Source: the human T2T-CHM13v2.0 reference genome, Homo sapiens
DNA length: 64,000 nucleotides
Assembly: GCF_009914755.1 (NCBI RefSeq)
Contig: NC_060935.1
Reading direction: 5' to 3' (one strand)
Shown here: positions 14,631 through 27,655 of the stretch, piece after piece
Layout: every line of letters begins with the position of its first letter
Numbering within the stretch: position 1 is the first letter of the stretch
The notes under the pieces: model-generated
Database searches by the model: none
Told to the model about the DNA's origin: nothing
What the model saw: the letters and a program-made list of their open reading frames with translations, nothing else
Made by a program: the position numbers and the translations under genes

Positions 14631-14699
14631 CAATCATTGTTTAAAAAAAAAAAATCAAAGAACCGTGTAGCCCGAAAGTTACTAACAAGAAATTTAAGG

Positions 14700-14992
14700 G
14701 GCCAGGTTCAGTGGCTCAGGCCTGTAATTCCAGCACTTTGGGAGATTGAGGCGAATGGATTACCTGAGGCCAGGAGTTTGAGACCAGCCTGGTCAACATG
14801 GCAACACCCTGTCTCTACAAAAAATTTAAAAATTAGCTGGGCGTGGTAGTGTGCACCTGTAGTCCCAGCTACTTGAGAGGCTGAGGTAGAAGAATCACCT
14901 GAGCACGGGAAGGCCGAGGCTGCAGTGAGCCGAGATTGTGCCACCGCACTCCAGCCTGGGTGATGAAGTGAGACCTGTCAAAAAAGAAAAAA
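14700..14992 (+). mobile_element. AluJ
   Basis: ggccagg...gaggccaggagtttgagacc...gaggctgcagtgagc; A-rich tail. Confidence 0.93.
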
Positions 14993-15259
14993 CGAGAGAG
15001 AGAGGTAATACAATTATAACAATGTACTGCTTTAAGACAGAAGAATATGTGCAATCCAAACTTATCAAATAGATAAACTCCAGGGTGATTATTTACATAA
15101 AAAGTATTTACTTTATAAAGATTCAACTTGGAAAGGACTTTCCTTCAGTTCAAAAGGGTGATATTACTAAGTGCCTGTTAGATATCTAGTACTACCAGTA
15201 ATTTAAGGATGACTAAGACAGAGTCCCTGCCTTCAAGGAGCTTACAATTTCATGGGGAA

Positions 15260-15530
15260 TAATAATATCTATCATTTATAGAACACCTACTATGTGCTAG
15301 CAAGTGTACAAAGTGCTTTACATATTATTATCATTTTCCTTACTCCTCATCAGAATACAGGGGTCAGGCATTGTTGTTCTTATTTCACAAAGGAAAAGGC
15401 TAAGACACAGAAAAATAAATTACTCACCTAAGGCCTCATAACTACTAAGTTCTGAGGTGCTAAGATTCCAACCCTTTTGGGTCTGAGTCCACAGTCACAT
15501 TCTCACTAGCACATCACACTGCCTTCCATT
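15260..15530 (-). mobile_element. MIR
   Basis: aataatatctatcatttatagaacacctactatgtgctag...ttcacaaaggaaaaggctaag is reverse MIR. Confidence 0.65.
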
Positions 15531-16219
15531 TATTTGTAATCCAGCAACTACTTGCCAGGGACAGGATCAGCAACTGAAGGCTCACGTGTTTGGAACTGCT
15601 GCCAAAAGATGTTAAACTAGAAATAGGCACTGAGTGTTTTTAAGATGAGAGGAGCTTTATAAAGGCCATTCCCCTTTATAGATTAAAGAATGGATAAAAG
15701 AACTAAGTCCCAGAGAGGTTAAGTAACTCACCCAAAGTCAAGTGATAAAGGAGTTCTAAAAGTTATAGTGTAAATCAGTATGAAAATGACACTTCTTTTA
15801 CAAAAATTTGAGGTATGAATCTATTACTCAAAAGTGAGATAAACCTATGTAGCCTAAAAGGGCCACTGCTCTTTCGAAAGAGCAAGGCTGTACCCTCAGC
15901 CTCGACTAGGAGACAACCAAGGGTTGCATGTCCTGGAGGGGTATCCCTGAGGAGAGAAGCTAGGTTGAGAAAAAGTAACATTTCAAATAAAAAACCAGGA
16001 TCCATCATCGTCTGCCCCTACCCTCCAGGGAACCCAATTTGAGACCCCTGGGAGCTGCCAAATGAGCAAACAGGTATGAATCCTGAACTGTAACTGATAA
16101 TAACACAGCTAAGGTACAGCTAGAAAAAAAGAGGTTTCAGGGACTCCACTAAAGTAGGTACAAACTATTCCTTTAAGTTTCAGAATCTGATATATGGTAC
16201 AAACATAACAGGTACTCAC

Positions 16220-16260
16220 CTGCATAACTCCCCTCATCTGTAGGACCAGCTGGAAGTGAA
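16220..16260 (-). other. Candidate 41-nt micro-exon
   Basis: Minus strand: ttattcattatttag|TTCACTTCC...ATGCAG|gtgagt. Consensus donor, modest acceptor. Confidence 0.25.
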
Positions 16261-16563
16261 CTAAATAATGAATAAATAGTGATCTCTAGTATAATACCTA
16301 GACAAGAACATATGGCACAACTGCCAGTTTCTAGACTTGTTAGTATCTGTATTCCAAAAAGGCTGATGGAAAGACATGGGCCTTAGAAAATAGCAAATCT
16401 AATTTTGAAATGTGAACCTGCCATTTATTAAGTATATGACCCTGAACAAGTCACTTAATCTCTGTAAGCTTAAAGAAATCTTTTCACCTGTAAAATGGGA
16501 TATATAATCCCATTTCACTACTTCTAGTCTCTTTAGGATTAAAAAAGCAGCAGCAAAGACTTC

Positions 16564-17240
16564 TGTGCCCATCATCAGTTTATTGCCTCTCAGCTTCAAA
16601 ATCACCCTTTTTGTCTGCTCTGTGAAAATGGATCTGGGCCCTTCAAATGTTTTTCCTTTACCCTCGGACACAAGGTTAATCTTTATCAGTAGATGGTGCT
16701 GGAGGCACCTGAGCTTCTCTAGCATCCATCTACAGGTACACACAGAACTGAGCTTCTCTAGCATCCATCTCCAGGTACACACAGATTCCCCAGTGCCTGG
16801 ATCCTGCAGAGCAGAGCAGCCAGGAGCAAACGGTGGCTGGTAGCTTTGCTGGCACCCTCCTCAGACAATTTTGTATCAGAGTGCCTCCAAAGAGACACCT
16901 TCTCATGAATGGTTTTCCCCAGCATATTAGAGGGTGGAATTCCAGCAAGTTTCACAGCACCACAGCAACTTCTCTGCCACAGTGAGCCATAGCTGTGTCC
17001 TCTCCAATACTACCTGGATCTCAGCTTGGGAAAGGTGTTCTTTCTTAGGTGCTCTTTCTTAGCACAGGGTAATGGTTGCTCATTAGATCTGCTGTTTCTA
17101 CATTCTTTACAATTCTCTTTACTTCTTACTAGCAAGTCCCTCATTATTCCAATACCTTGTTACAGTTAACGAGTCACAGTAAGCTTTCCCTATTCAAATT
17201 ACTGTGTGGTTCCTCTCTCGACTGCACACAGATTAATACA
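16564..17240 (+). mobile_element. ERVL-type solo LTR, LTR41/LTR33 family, inserted in a MIR
   Basis: TG...CA ends; start tgtgcccatcatcagtttattgcctctcagcttcaaaatcaccc resembles LTR41; MIR sequence flanks both sides (about 16380-16540 and 17245-17310). Confidence 0.75.
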
Positions 17241-20200
17241 GTTTTCTAGACCAGTGCCTGGCATACAGTATTCCATAAACAGCACATATCATAAGAATAA
17301 CTATAAATGATTGAGTACCTCTCATCCCTATTCTTAAAAGGCAATTGTTTCCCTTTCTCATTCTGTTTTGATTAGAATATGGGCGTATTTTGACTATCAA
17401 AATTCCTATATGGTATAAGTAGAATATGAATAAGTTAGGGAAAAGTGTGAATAAGTTAGTTCCAATAGTTTCTGCTATAAATCTGATTAGAAAAAAAATG
17501 AGGGCTGCCTCAGACTTAACTGTCTCCTTATTCAACACACAGCTTAGAAAATTCTTTCTGCAACTTGCTTGTCTGACCTAAAGACAATGCCACAATGTGT
17601 GAAAATGCCTGCTTTTTCTTGCCAAGGATATTCCCAAAATGATCTAAAGAATCAAATTGATTAATATATAAAACATTAAAAAATTAAGTAGTAACCATTT
17701 TTTCTCATTTTTCAACTCATAAACTGCAATATTTTGAAAAATTATAGAAAACAGAACATTTCCCAGCCAAGAATAACCCATTAATGTGTGTTGGGGGGTA
17801 GGAGGGGGTGGGGTGGGGTGGAGCGCCACTCCCAAGAAAAGAAAAAGAATGGGGTTACTAGCAATATCACAAAGTCAACATGTATTTCCTCCTCTTGCAA
17901 ATGTACCAGCTTAATTCTTGGGTAAAGGAGTATAAAAATACATTATTGAAGGTGTCATGTATTATTGGCACATATTGTGAAATAAAATTACTATAAAAAT
18001 ATAGAAGATCTCAAATGTATTAAGTTTCTACTTCAAATTCTTTATTTCAATCCTCAGGATTATTCTTCCCATGAAAGAAAAGCTATCACCTTAGACACAA
18101 TCCCATGTCATCTGTATTTTTACTTCTGTCTGAAAGTCTCGCCTAATTACCAATTTAACAAGGAGCAGAGACCAAGAGGGAAAAAATATCTCATCATCTT
18201 TTATGCAGGCACCTTGTCCAATTTCAAGAGCTAACCCCCATCTTAAAACGCCCCAAAATAGATATTGCAAGCCACCAGCGGACCCCAACATAAAGCAAGA
18301 CTCCTCATTAAAAGTTGGAATGGAACCTGCCAGGTATGCCTGCAGGGATGCTCAACAATAGCGGTTTATATCCCATGCCTTTTTCAACCTAGATTAAATT
18401 ACTGACAAAATGGACAGACTACCCAAAACTGTGAGCAATACATTTTGCCAATGAAAATAATGATTGTGCTTGGTATAGCACAGATGCTCTCTGCTCAACT
18501 TGTCAGCATTTTCAGCTAAGAGGCTCAATGGTCTTACCAGACAACCCTTTCCCTGCCAAAACCAATAAGCCACCTTCATTTCTTAAGCCCCCTCAGGGCT
18601 TTGAATTACTATCCATTTTGCACTTAAGGTCAGTCCTGTAAAACTGTGTTTTCCCCCTAGAAGAGTCATAATCAGAAGCAGCTCCAGCCTAACACCAGCC
18701 TACTTAAAACTCAGATGGAGAAAATTCAAGAATATGTAAGCTTCTTGTAATTTTCCCCTGTCAGTTTTTCAAATTTGCATTCTTAAAAGTTGCATCTACT
18801 GCTTTAGAAGGCAAGGTGCATTTCCCGACAATGCCACCGAAAATGCTTTCGGTGTTTTATACGAAAACATGTATTTCCCTAAGCCATTGTCTAACAGAGC
18901 AGTATTTCAAAACAGCTAAACTTTATAGTTCCAAACATTCTAGAGAGTTCAACAGTCTCATTATATATTATAGTGACATACACATGTGCACACACATCCC
19001 TTAAGTATGCATTTTGCTAGATTTTATTTTTCATTTTATGCCAGGGAAAACACAATTATGCCATATCTCTTTATAGGAAATAAAACCTTTCCAAGAAAAA
19101 CAAACCTGGCCATTTTTTTTTTCATTCATTCATTCCATTCATTCACTCATGGAATAACTCCTCACTCTAAAAACCTGCTAAAAACGCTGAATGGAAAAAA
19201 AGCTGCTTTCACCCCTCCCTATGTCTTTCCATACAACATGAGAATCAGGCATAGTGATTCTGTTTGACCCAGCAAGTTCAACCACCAAAAATAAGGTCCT
19301 TTGCCTTAAGGAGGGGTGTGACAGGTGCTAGTTTCAAGAAATAACTTTCAGCCTTCAGTGGAAGATACTGACAAGAGCACCGATCATAAAATACTGGTCC
19401 GCACAGGCCCATCTTTCTGTTTCCTTCACTTGCATCCAAATCCAAGTTTCCAGGCCCAGTCACTCCTACTTATCTTTCTACTTCCAGGCCTCCCACAGTT
19501 TTTAACTTCATTCATAGCCTTTATTCCTAGTTCTAAAACTGTGCTTCTATCCTAGTAATATGGTAGGAGGAAACCTGCTAAATGCATCCTTGATGCTGAT
19601 GTGATCTTTCCAGTTATTGAACGTTTCATTGAATTTTACACTATACAACTTCAAATGCGGAAAGCAGCCAATTCATTTTGTTAACTGTTGTTCAGTATAG
19701 ATAGCCAGCTCCATAACTATACACTTTGATTTGGTACATGAGAAAACGTATTTTTCATTACATCCCTTATCCTCCTAATGACATTTCCAAACAGGATTTT
19801 AAGAACTGTGAAGCAGAAATAAAATTATGCTCAAGTTCCAAAGTGATCTCATGGAATGGAAAATGGCTATCATTGCCAGTGAGTATTAACAGGATTCAAA
19901 GCTTGCAAGTTTCTAGTTCAGAAACATTTCTCAAATAACGATCATCTTTCAAATGCTCCTTACGTTACCAATCACAACAGAAATTCTATAAAAGAACTTA
20001 AGGGACTATGGTGAGATCTTTCCCCCACAACCCCAATTCCTTTATCCTGTATCCAGAGCTCACCATCAGCTTTGGTGTACCTCCTTCCTTTTTAATCATC
20101 AATCAAGGCTAACATTTCAGTTATCTGAATTTACACAAAAACCTAAAGGAGCCATTACATTGCTTCTGTAAAGCTCATTCTGCGGTGACTTTTAAATAGC

Positions 20201-22219
20201 TTTAAGAATAATCTGGAAATAAAAATACTGCTGTAGCAAGTTTTATGTCTTCTACACACATATGCTAGAGCAATTTCCTTCTCCCAGAGATAGAAGGGAG
20301 GAAAATGTCTAAACTTCATAATAAGCAGCCAATTATAGTCAACTGTCATCTTGGTTGTATTAATTATCTGCCTTGCCTAAGTTATCAAGACCTGAAAGAA
20401 GCCTAACAGCCACTTATTTTATATTACGATTGTTCCACTATGGAAAGGGCTGTAATTTTTTTGAGGGTCTTTCTGCATTGATACAGGTATGTAAGAATTC
20501 AGCACAATCCCAGGGTTTTACCACGTGTAGCCATTTGAAGATACCCGTTAAAGCCACAAGGCTAATTTCCCCTTCTTGATTATCCTACATTTGCTGAGGG
20601 CTCACAAAGTAGGAGGTCCCAGGCGAAAAAGGACATAGGTAGCAATTTGTGCACAAGTCCTAAACTTCAGTAAGTTGTATGAAACAAAAACATTATGACA
20701 TTATTAAAGTAGCAGCAGCAACTATTGTTATTCATTCAAACATCCCCTACAGACCACTTAACAGGTATAGTGTAGTCATTGGCTTCAGTTTAAGACATGA
20801 GCAATCCCCACAGAGATTGTTCTTGAAGTAGAGACACCATGACCATGGAAATGGGGGAAACAGTTTTCCTTGCTAATTTAGGCATATAAGAGGAGGTTCC
20901 TAACCAGCCTGGGCTTCTTTCCTAACTACAGGGAAACAATCAGAGGAGTCAATATGTATAAAACACCGGTGGAATTAGGATTACACTCAGGAAACCATCA
21001 AAAGCCAGTCCCCTAGAGAGTCCTGGAAAGAGTCAGGAGAGCATCTGGGGCTGGAGGGGAAAAAAAAAAACTTTTTGGAAATTTCCTCAAGGCAAGAATG
21101 GAGGACCCAAAGCTGGCTGTAACTTCTGGAAGAGAAACCGAGGGAGAACTATTCAAGGAATGAATATGGATTAACTTACAAGATATGTCCTCCCAGGTCT
21201 AGAAGGTACTCCATTTACTTGTTAACTATCTTGACCACGTTAATTTCTTTTTTAAAATTTCTAAGGTTTGGCGGGGCCAGCGGGGTGGGGTGGTGGGGGG
21301 GCTGGGAATCATCCACAAAGACAAGCTCACTTACACAAGAAATAAAGTGAAAATCACTGGTTTTGACACCCACTTGTTCAGATGACCCAAGATTTCCTCT
21401 GATTATGTGAACCAGACTTTTGTTCCAGTCTCCTAGCCCAGAACCTATAAAATCCATTTGAATTACAGCTCACCAACTGCACTTTAACCCGGAAACTAGA
21501 GGTGAAAGTCAAGTGCTTTATCTACTCAGACAAGCAGCTTCTCCCCAGATCAGAAGCGTTTTAATGAAATGAGACTTAAGTGAATTGTTGACATAGGCAT
21601 TAAAAGTTGTCATTTAATATCAACAGTATGTTTGATTTGTACACAGTTATGAAATGTCATTCGGACCAGAGAGTTATATTGAGGTTTACCACATTATAGG
21701 GATGGATTTCCAGAGGGAAGTGAGCTGATCTGTCTCAAAATAAAATGTGTTTACATTAACACTTGGGGGAAACAGGCAGCCCTGCAAACATAGATGGAGA
21801 GATAAAAATAAGACCAGCACAAAACTCAACTTGGAAGAATAATAGAATAAAATATAATCTCTAGGCTCTGTGCATATGTAATATTTTACTATACTTTTTT
21901 TCCACCCTTTAAGAGATAAAGTACAAAGTTTACATTGGTGAGAAATATCACTTCTGGGTAAAATCTATTATACTTTGGTCTCCAAAATAATTTTTAAGGA
22001 GAAAGGGTGGGAGTGATTGACATGGGGATGGAAGAAAATACTCAGGAGGTATCATTGCTTTCTTGAAAGAAAAGCCAAACCTATAAGCATGTAATGCTTT
22101 GCAGTATAAATATATATAATTAGATAAATTTTATCTAACTAACCAGGTAGATAAAATTACATTACTAGTTAGTCTAGGTGTGATAGAAACATTCTGGCCT
22201 CATAGAAAAGGAAGCACTC

Positions 22220-22541
22220 GACCAGGTGCAGTGGCTCATGCCTACAATCCTAGCACTTTGGGAGACTGAGGCAGGCAGACCGCTTGAGCCCAGGGGTATG
22301 AGACCAACCTAGGCAACATGATAAAACTCCATCTCTACAAAATTTACAAAAATTAGTCGGGTGTGGTGGTGCATGCCTGTAGTCTTAGCTACTTGGGAGA
22401 TGGATTGCTTGAGCCTGGGAGCTCATGGCTGCAGTGAGCCAAGATCAAGGCTGCAGTCCAGCTTGAGTGACAAGAGTGAAACCCTATACCCCCCTCGCCC
22501 CCAAAAAAAACCAAAAAAAAAAAACAAGAAAAGAAAAGAAA
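22220..22541 (+). mobile_element. AluJ
   Basis: Diverged dimer with gcttgagcccagg; A-rich tail. Confidence 0.9.
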
Positions 22542-22629
22542 CAGCAGCACTTATCACGGGCTATGTGCCTTGAACTGTTTTCTCCAGAAGTGGCTATGAG
22601 TTAGGCCAAATAACTTACTTGTTGTCATT

Positions 22630-22887
22630 GTTTTTGTTTTTGAGACAGAGTCTTGCTCTGTCACCCAGGCTGGAGTGCAGTGACAGGATCTCGGCTCACT
22701 AAAACCTCCACCTCCCAGGATCAAGTGATTCTCCTGCCTCGGCCTCCAGAGTAGCTGGAACTACAGGCATGCCCCAACACACCCAGCTAATTTTTGTATT
22801 TTTAGTAGACACGGGGTTTTACCATGTTGGCCAGGCTGGGCTCAAACTCTTGAGCTCAAGTGATCTGCCCACCTCGCCCTCCCAAAA
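22630..22887 (-). mobile_element. Alu (S/Jb-like), 5'-truncated
   Basis: Reverse Alu stopping at ctcccaaaa; TSD aacttactt at 22612-22620 and 22886-22894. Confidence 0.92.
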
Positions 22888-23792
22888 CTTACTTTTTTAT
22901 CACAAATCCAAGTCAAAGAGGTAGAGCCTCATCAAGTATTTCCTGCCATGCTACAACCTAAAAAATGAAATTTAAACACTGTAATAATTCCTTAGTGTCA
23001 AGATTAACTGACTCAGCTAAACAAGCACTGGCACTTTTGGGAATGGATTCACTTATAAGATATATCCTTCTAGGTCTAGAAGGTCCTCCATTTGCTTTAT
23101 GCCTTATCATTTGACATGAGAATAGAGATGAAAGAGAAGTTCATTCATTGGTCATTTTTTCTAAAATGTTCTTTAAAAAAAAAATAAAACAAAACAAAAA
23201 AAAAACAAAGCCTTGCCTCTTCATGGATTTGGAAGCAAAATTAACAAAGGTCTCTCTTTTGGAGAGTCTAAGTCTAAGCAATTAAAGTTGACTCTAAGGA
23301 AAACTTGAAGGGAGCTCTTGCAGCATAAAAAAAAAGTGATGAGCTTTTGTTTACAACAGATCTTAATTCTTTATCTTTCACTTGAGGAAGCTGTAAGGTC
23401 TTTGGCACTTGGCTAAAAATAGCAGAAGTAAAACAGGTGACAAAGATGAATAGCTCCCAGAGACACAATTCAAAGCAGAGGAATTTAAGAAAAACTTCAG
23501 TAGTGCCTGCAAAAGATACTTTCCTGCCAGGTAAATCAAAATGGAAGTAAATTCCTCCTCTTGGGACAGAATCACAATTTGCCAGACAGACATTTCTCTT
23601 TCAACATTTCATGTTTACTGTAGGGCTAAATTTTTGAAAATACGTTCATCCTCTTAAAAGCTGGTTTTGCTATAGGGTCAAAAGAGTTTCATTGTAATCT
23701 CATAAAATGTGAAGATCCTACATCATATCAAGTTCCAAATTCTTTGAAAGCTACTGGCAAAATGGCAAACCAAATGGACTTAACATACATAC

Positions 23793-23947
23793 CTGCTGTC
23801 TCTGACTAAAGGCCAGGATTCTCCCATCCATGGGCAAGGTCCTATCTTCTCTTGGTGCAGCCAATAAGGCTTTGGTCTTTCCAAGAGTTCATTTTAGGTC
23901 AGGCAAACAGGATTTGGTCAAAGATCAATTCTTCAGTCAATTTCATC
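23793..23947 (-). other. Candidate 155-nt non-coding cassette exon
   Basis: Minus strand: gcacatcttttag|GATGAAATTG...GACAGCAG|gtatgt; not repeat-like. Confidence 0.4.
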
Positions 23948-25699
23948 CTAAAAGATGTGCCTCGTACAGGAGCTTATATTGTATATCTGTCCATCTATCT
24001 TAAGGGACAAGTGTGGCACCCTATCTTCTGGTATTTTAGAAAGAAATCATTTCCCTTTCTCTCCCAGTTTCCTTGCCAGCCCATAAAATAAGAACTTTCA
24101 CCTTCTTGGAAGTGCTGGAGAGGAAATTTCTAAACCTTCCTTCAATCCATAATGATAGAGTGAATAACTTCTCTAATAGGTGAGACTGGAAAAAGCCTCA
24201 AAGGAGTGGCAGTGAATCCTTTCTAGACTCTTTATCAGATACATTCTTTTCTTTTTTCAGATTCTTGTTATTAACATGTTAAGTCCTTGTTGGATCTCAT
24301 CAGCTACTAGCTTGAGGTTTCCTTCGTTTCCAACCAATTGCAAAATCAAAACAGAAACTTAAAAGACCGCATAAAAGATGCTTTAAAAATCACGTGCAAC
24401 TCCCACTGAAAAATTCATGTATTTCTTTGGATGTCTTCAGTGAGTTTTGGGAAAAAAAGAAAAAAAAGTGGAGGGTGGTGGCAAAAGTATCTCTAAGAAA
24501 AGAGGTACTTCAAAGGCAAAAAAAAAATCATATATATATATATATAGAGAGAGAAATATTGGTCTCTGGTAGAAAATGCCCATATATATCTCTAAATAGT
24601 AATGTACTAAGAACTCAAAATGTAGATGAAGCCCCTGGAATGTTCAGTGACAATTGCAACTGTGGAAAAGATTCCAGTAGAGTCAAGTTTCTTAAGAAAT
24701 TCTCTGAATATGCCAGGAAAGTCACACATGTTCTGTGGCCAGAGTAGCCAACACTCACACCTGATGAGCCTTGTCCCTAACTAAACAAAACAACTTTAAA
24801 ATAACTTCCCTACAAAAAACAAAAAGAGACAGTCCCTTCAAAAGCTCCTCCCCCTAAGAGGAAAGAACCTGTTAATTTGCTATGTGGCCAACATGGCGAA
24901 GTACTTCACAAATCGCTGGTTCATTAGCATTTCTATCCACAACTTTGTATTCAAAGATCAAGTTGACAGCAGCGTGTTGCGTGCTCTGCATTCTTATTTG
25001 GAAATGCCAATAACTGGCGGGATCCAGAAGCAACTCCAGGGTTCAAATAAGTTCCCTCTGAGAAGTGGAGCCTTTCATGCTGAACATCCTACAACTGGCA
25101 TAGTGGCACAGTTCTAAAGAGCAAAAAGAATGGAAGTTGATGTCCTGAGGTGATTAGTTTCTCTCCTGAGCACTTAACTTTTTAAAATTAATGATGGTAA
25201 AGGAGCCATAATCTTAATAGTTTCCAGCAAGGATCCAACATGTTTGAATCAAGTATAGTAAAACAAATGTGGGCCCTTAAAGATAATACACCCAAAGATG
25301 CATTATTGCCATTAAAGGAGATAAACAGTAAGAACTGGGTAGATGAGGCAATTACTTGCATACTTACCAGATATGAATATACATAAAAGTATGTGACTTA
25401 ACCATTCTGTAAGACATTTTAAAAGACACTGATACAAAAAAAAAACTGCATATAAAGTAAAATTAGGAGGTAACATTTAGATTCTACATACTTGATAGGG
25501 TCAGGGAGGAGAATAACTACACTTTAATTTTTTTTTAATTACAGTCACAAGTGACATATATACAGAGGCTAAAGTACAACCTCAATTTGATTTTATATAA
25601 TTTTATCTTAAGTCAGATGAGTTTGAGTAAAAATGTTTAAGTAAAAAGAACATTATAAAAGTCTCATTAAATTATCATTAAAGGCTTAGCACTTGTATA

Positions 25700-26395
25700 T
25701 ATAGATAAGACATAGGACTAGTTGAATGTTACAGTAGAAAGAGCACTGGATAGGAAATGCAAAAAACCTGGACTTTAATCCTGGCTCTTCCACTAGCTGT
25801 GTGATTTTGGGTAAATCACTAAAATCCCTTATAAAATAGAGACAGTAATCCCTGTCTGCCACATAGGATTTTTGCAAGGATCAAGTGAAATAATGTATGT
25901 CATGTGTATTATAAACCTCAAAAACACCATATCAATGTAATATTTCCAATTATATTAATGTTAAGATTAGGGACACTGGAACATTAACAGGTTCCCAAAT
26001 AACCAAGCACTTTCTAGATTTCAAACCTACTGTTGATCATGCTGTTCCCTCTGCTTAAAATGCTTTGCCACTGCCAGACTATCAGCTCAGTAAGGACAGG
26101 AACCTCTGTCTTATCCACCTGTTAATTCCTGATTGTTAACATAGTACCTAAGTGCAGACTTCATAGTTACCACATACTGAGTGCCTACTAATTGCCAGGT
26201 ACTATATATTAAGGGCTTCTACATACATTTCCTTAATCTCCTCCACAACCCTAAGAGGTGGCTTACAAAAGAGAAAACTGATCCTCAGAAAGGGTAAATA
26301 ACTTTGCAACGGTGACAGAGCCACATAAGTGGCAGAGTCAGAATCCAAATCCAGTCTTTCAAATTCCAAAACTGTATTCTTTCCACTCTGCTGTT
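25700..26395. mobile_element. MIR(+), L2 fragment, MIR(-) cluster
   Basis: MIR core forward at about 25740-25900 and reverse at about 26165-26395. Confidence 0.6.
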
Positions 26396-27399
26396 TTCCT
26401 CTGCACATTAGAGGTGCTCGATAAGTCGAATCTGGTAAAAGTGTGCATTTTAACCATAATATACATAAAAAGACATTACTCAAAGTATTTGGATACAATC
26501 TAAAATTTCAAACTTGACTTTTAAAATCCATGGACTTAGCCAGGGTAAGAACTCCAAAAGATGTTGCTGGATTTGCAGATATATCAAAATACAAATGAGA
26601 AATTCATTCTTAGTTAGCCAGCACAAAATGGGACTGAAAATTCTGAGTGAGGGGTAGGAGAGAAAACCCAGAACCTTTTGTCTTGCCAGCAAATCCTTAA
26701 ATAATTCAGCTCCCATTTATTTAAATAATTAAGCAATTGCAACTTTATTTAAAGAGCACTTACATGAATCTAAATGTCTAGGCTGCCAAGAAAAGTGGAA
26801 CAGACTTTAAAACCTCCCCCCTATACCTCCTTTCTGAGCAGAAAACCAGCCTAAGGAGTTTCAGCCTGATAGGTAATTGTTTTGTAAAATTAAAAGTCAC
26901 AGAAAATTGGAGTTTAGAATGGGAAAATGTCATCTCAACCGTAACACTAATAAAAACGGCTAATGAATAAGTGCATTCTGGCAAGAATATATAAAAACTG
27001 CAAAGCCCAATGTGGACAGTATGGAATACAGAAGGAATACATGTGAGTAAACATAAAATGAGGGATTATCCTTATTTGTGAAGAATCCATTCCAGCAGGA
27101 AATTGAACTAGAGACCTTTTGCATCCAAGAGCAGCATGACTACCTGTGGCGTTTACAGAAAATATTTATGGGTGTACTCTTCTCTTTCCCCTGTGGGTCT
27201 CAGCTGTGGAAGCAATAAGCTGATGTTTGGGGGATACTAAAGTCTCTCTCTCTCTCTCTCTCTCTAATTACACTGAGCTCTGATTAATTTTCAAAAGTAT
27301 AAATGCTCATATGTAGTGAGGAACAACGTAACTATAATTATAAAGGCTTTAAAACAATGAGCTATGCTTTACCAATATGTTCTACAGCAAGCAGCAAAA

Positions 27400-27616
27400 G
27401 TGAAAAGCAACTGAGATCATCACATCCCAGCTTTGTTAGGTGTGTGATCTTCAAACAAGAAAATGTAATCTATCCAATGCTCAGTTTCCTCATCAGTAAA
27501 ATGAGGATAATAGTAGACACTAGAATAGGGGTGAGAATTAGATAAGACAATAAATATAAAATGTTTACTTAGCAGGGTGCTTGGCAGGCAGTAGGTATTC
27601 CTAAATGTTAGCTGTA

Positions 27617-27654
<38 letters not shown>

Positions 27655-27655
27655 A
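27400..27655 (+). mobile_element. MIR with (ATT)n tail microsatellite (about 27617-27652)
   Basis: ctcagtttcctcatcagtaaaatgaggataatagtag...aaatgttagctg followed by (att)n. Confidence 0.75.

Noticed and set aside
16709-16785. CRISPR-like appearance of the 39-bp repeat
   Set aside because: Two abutting copies, no spacers, eukaryotic LTR context.
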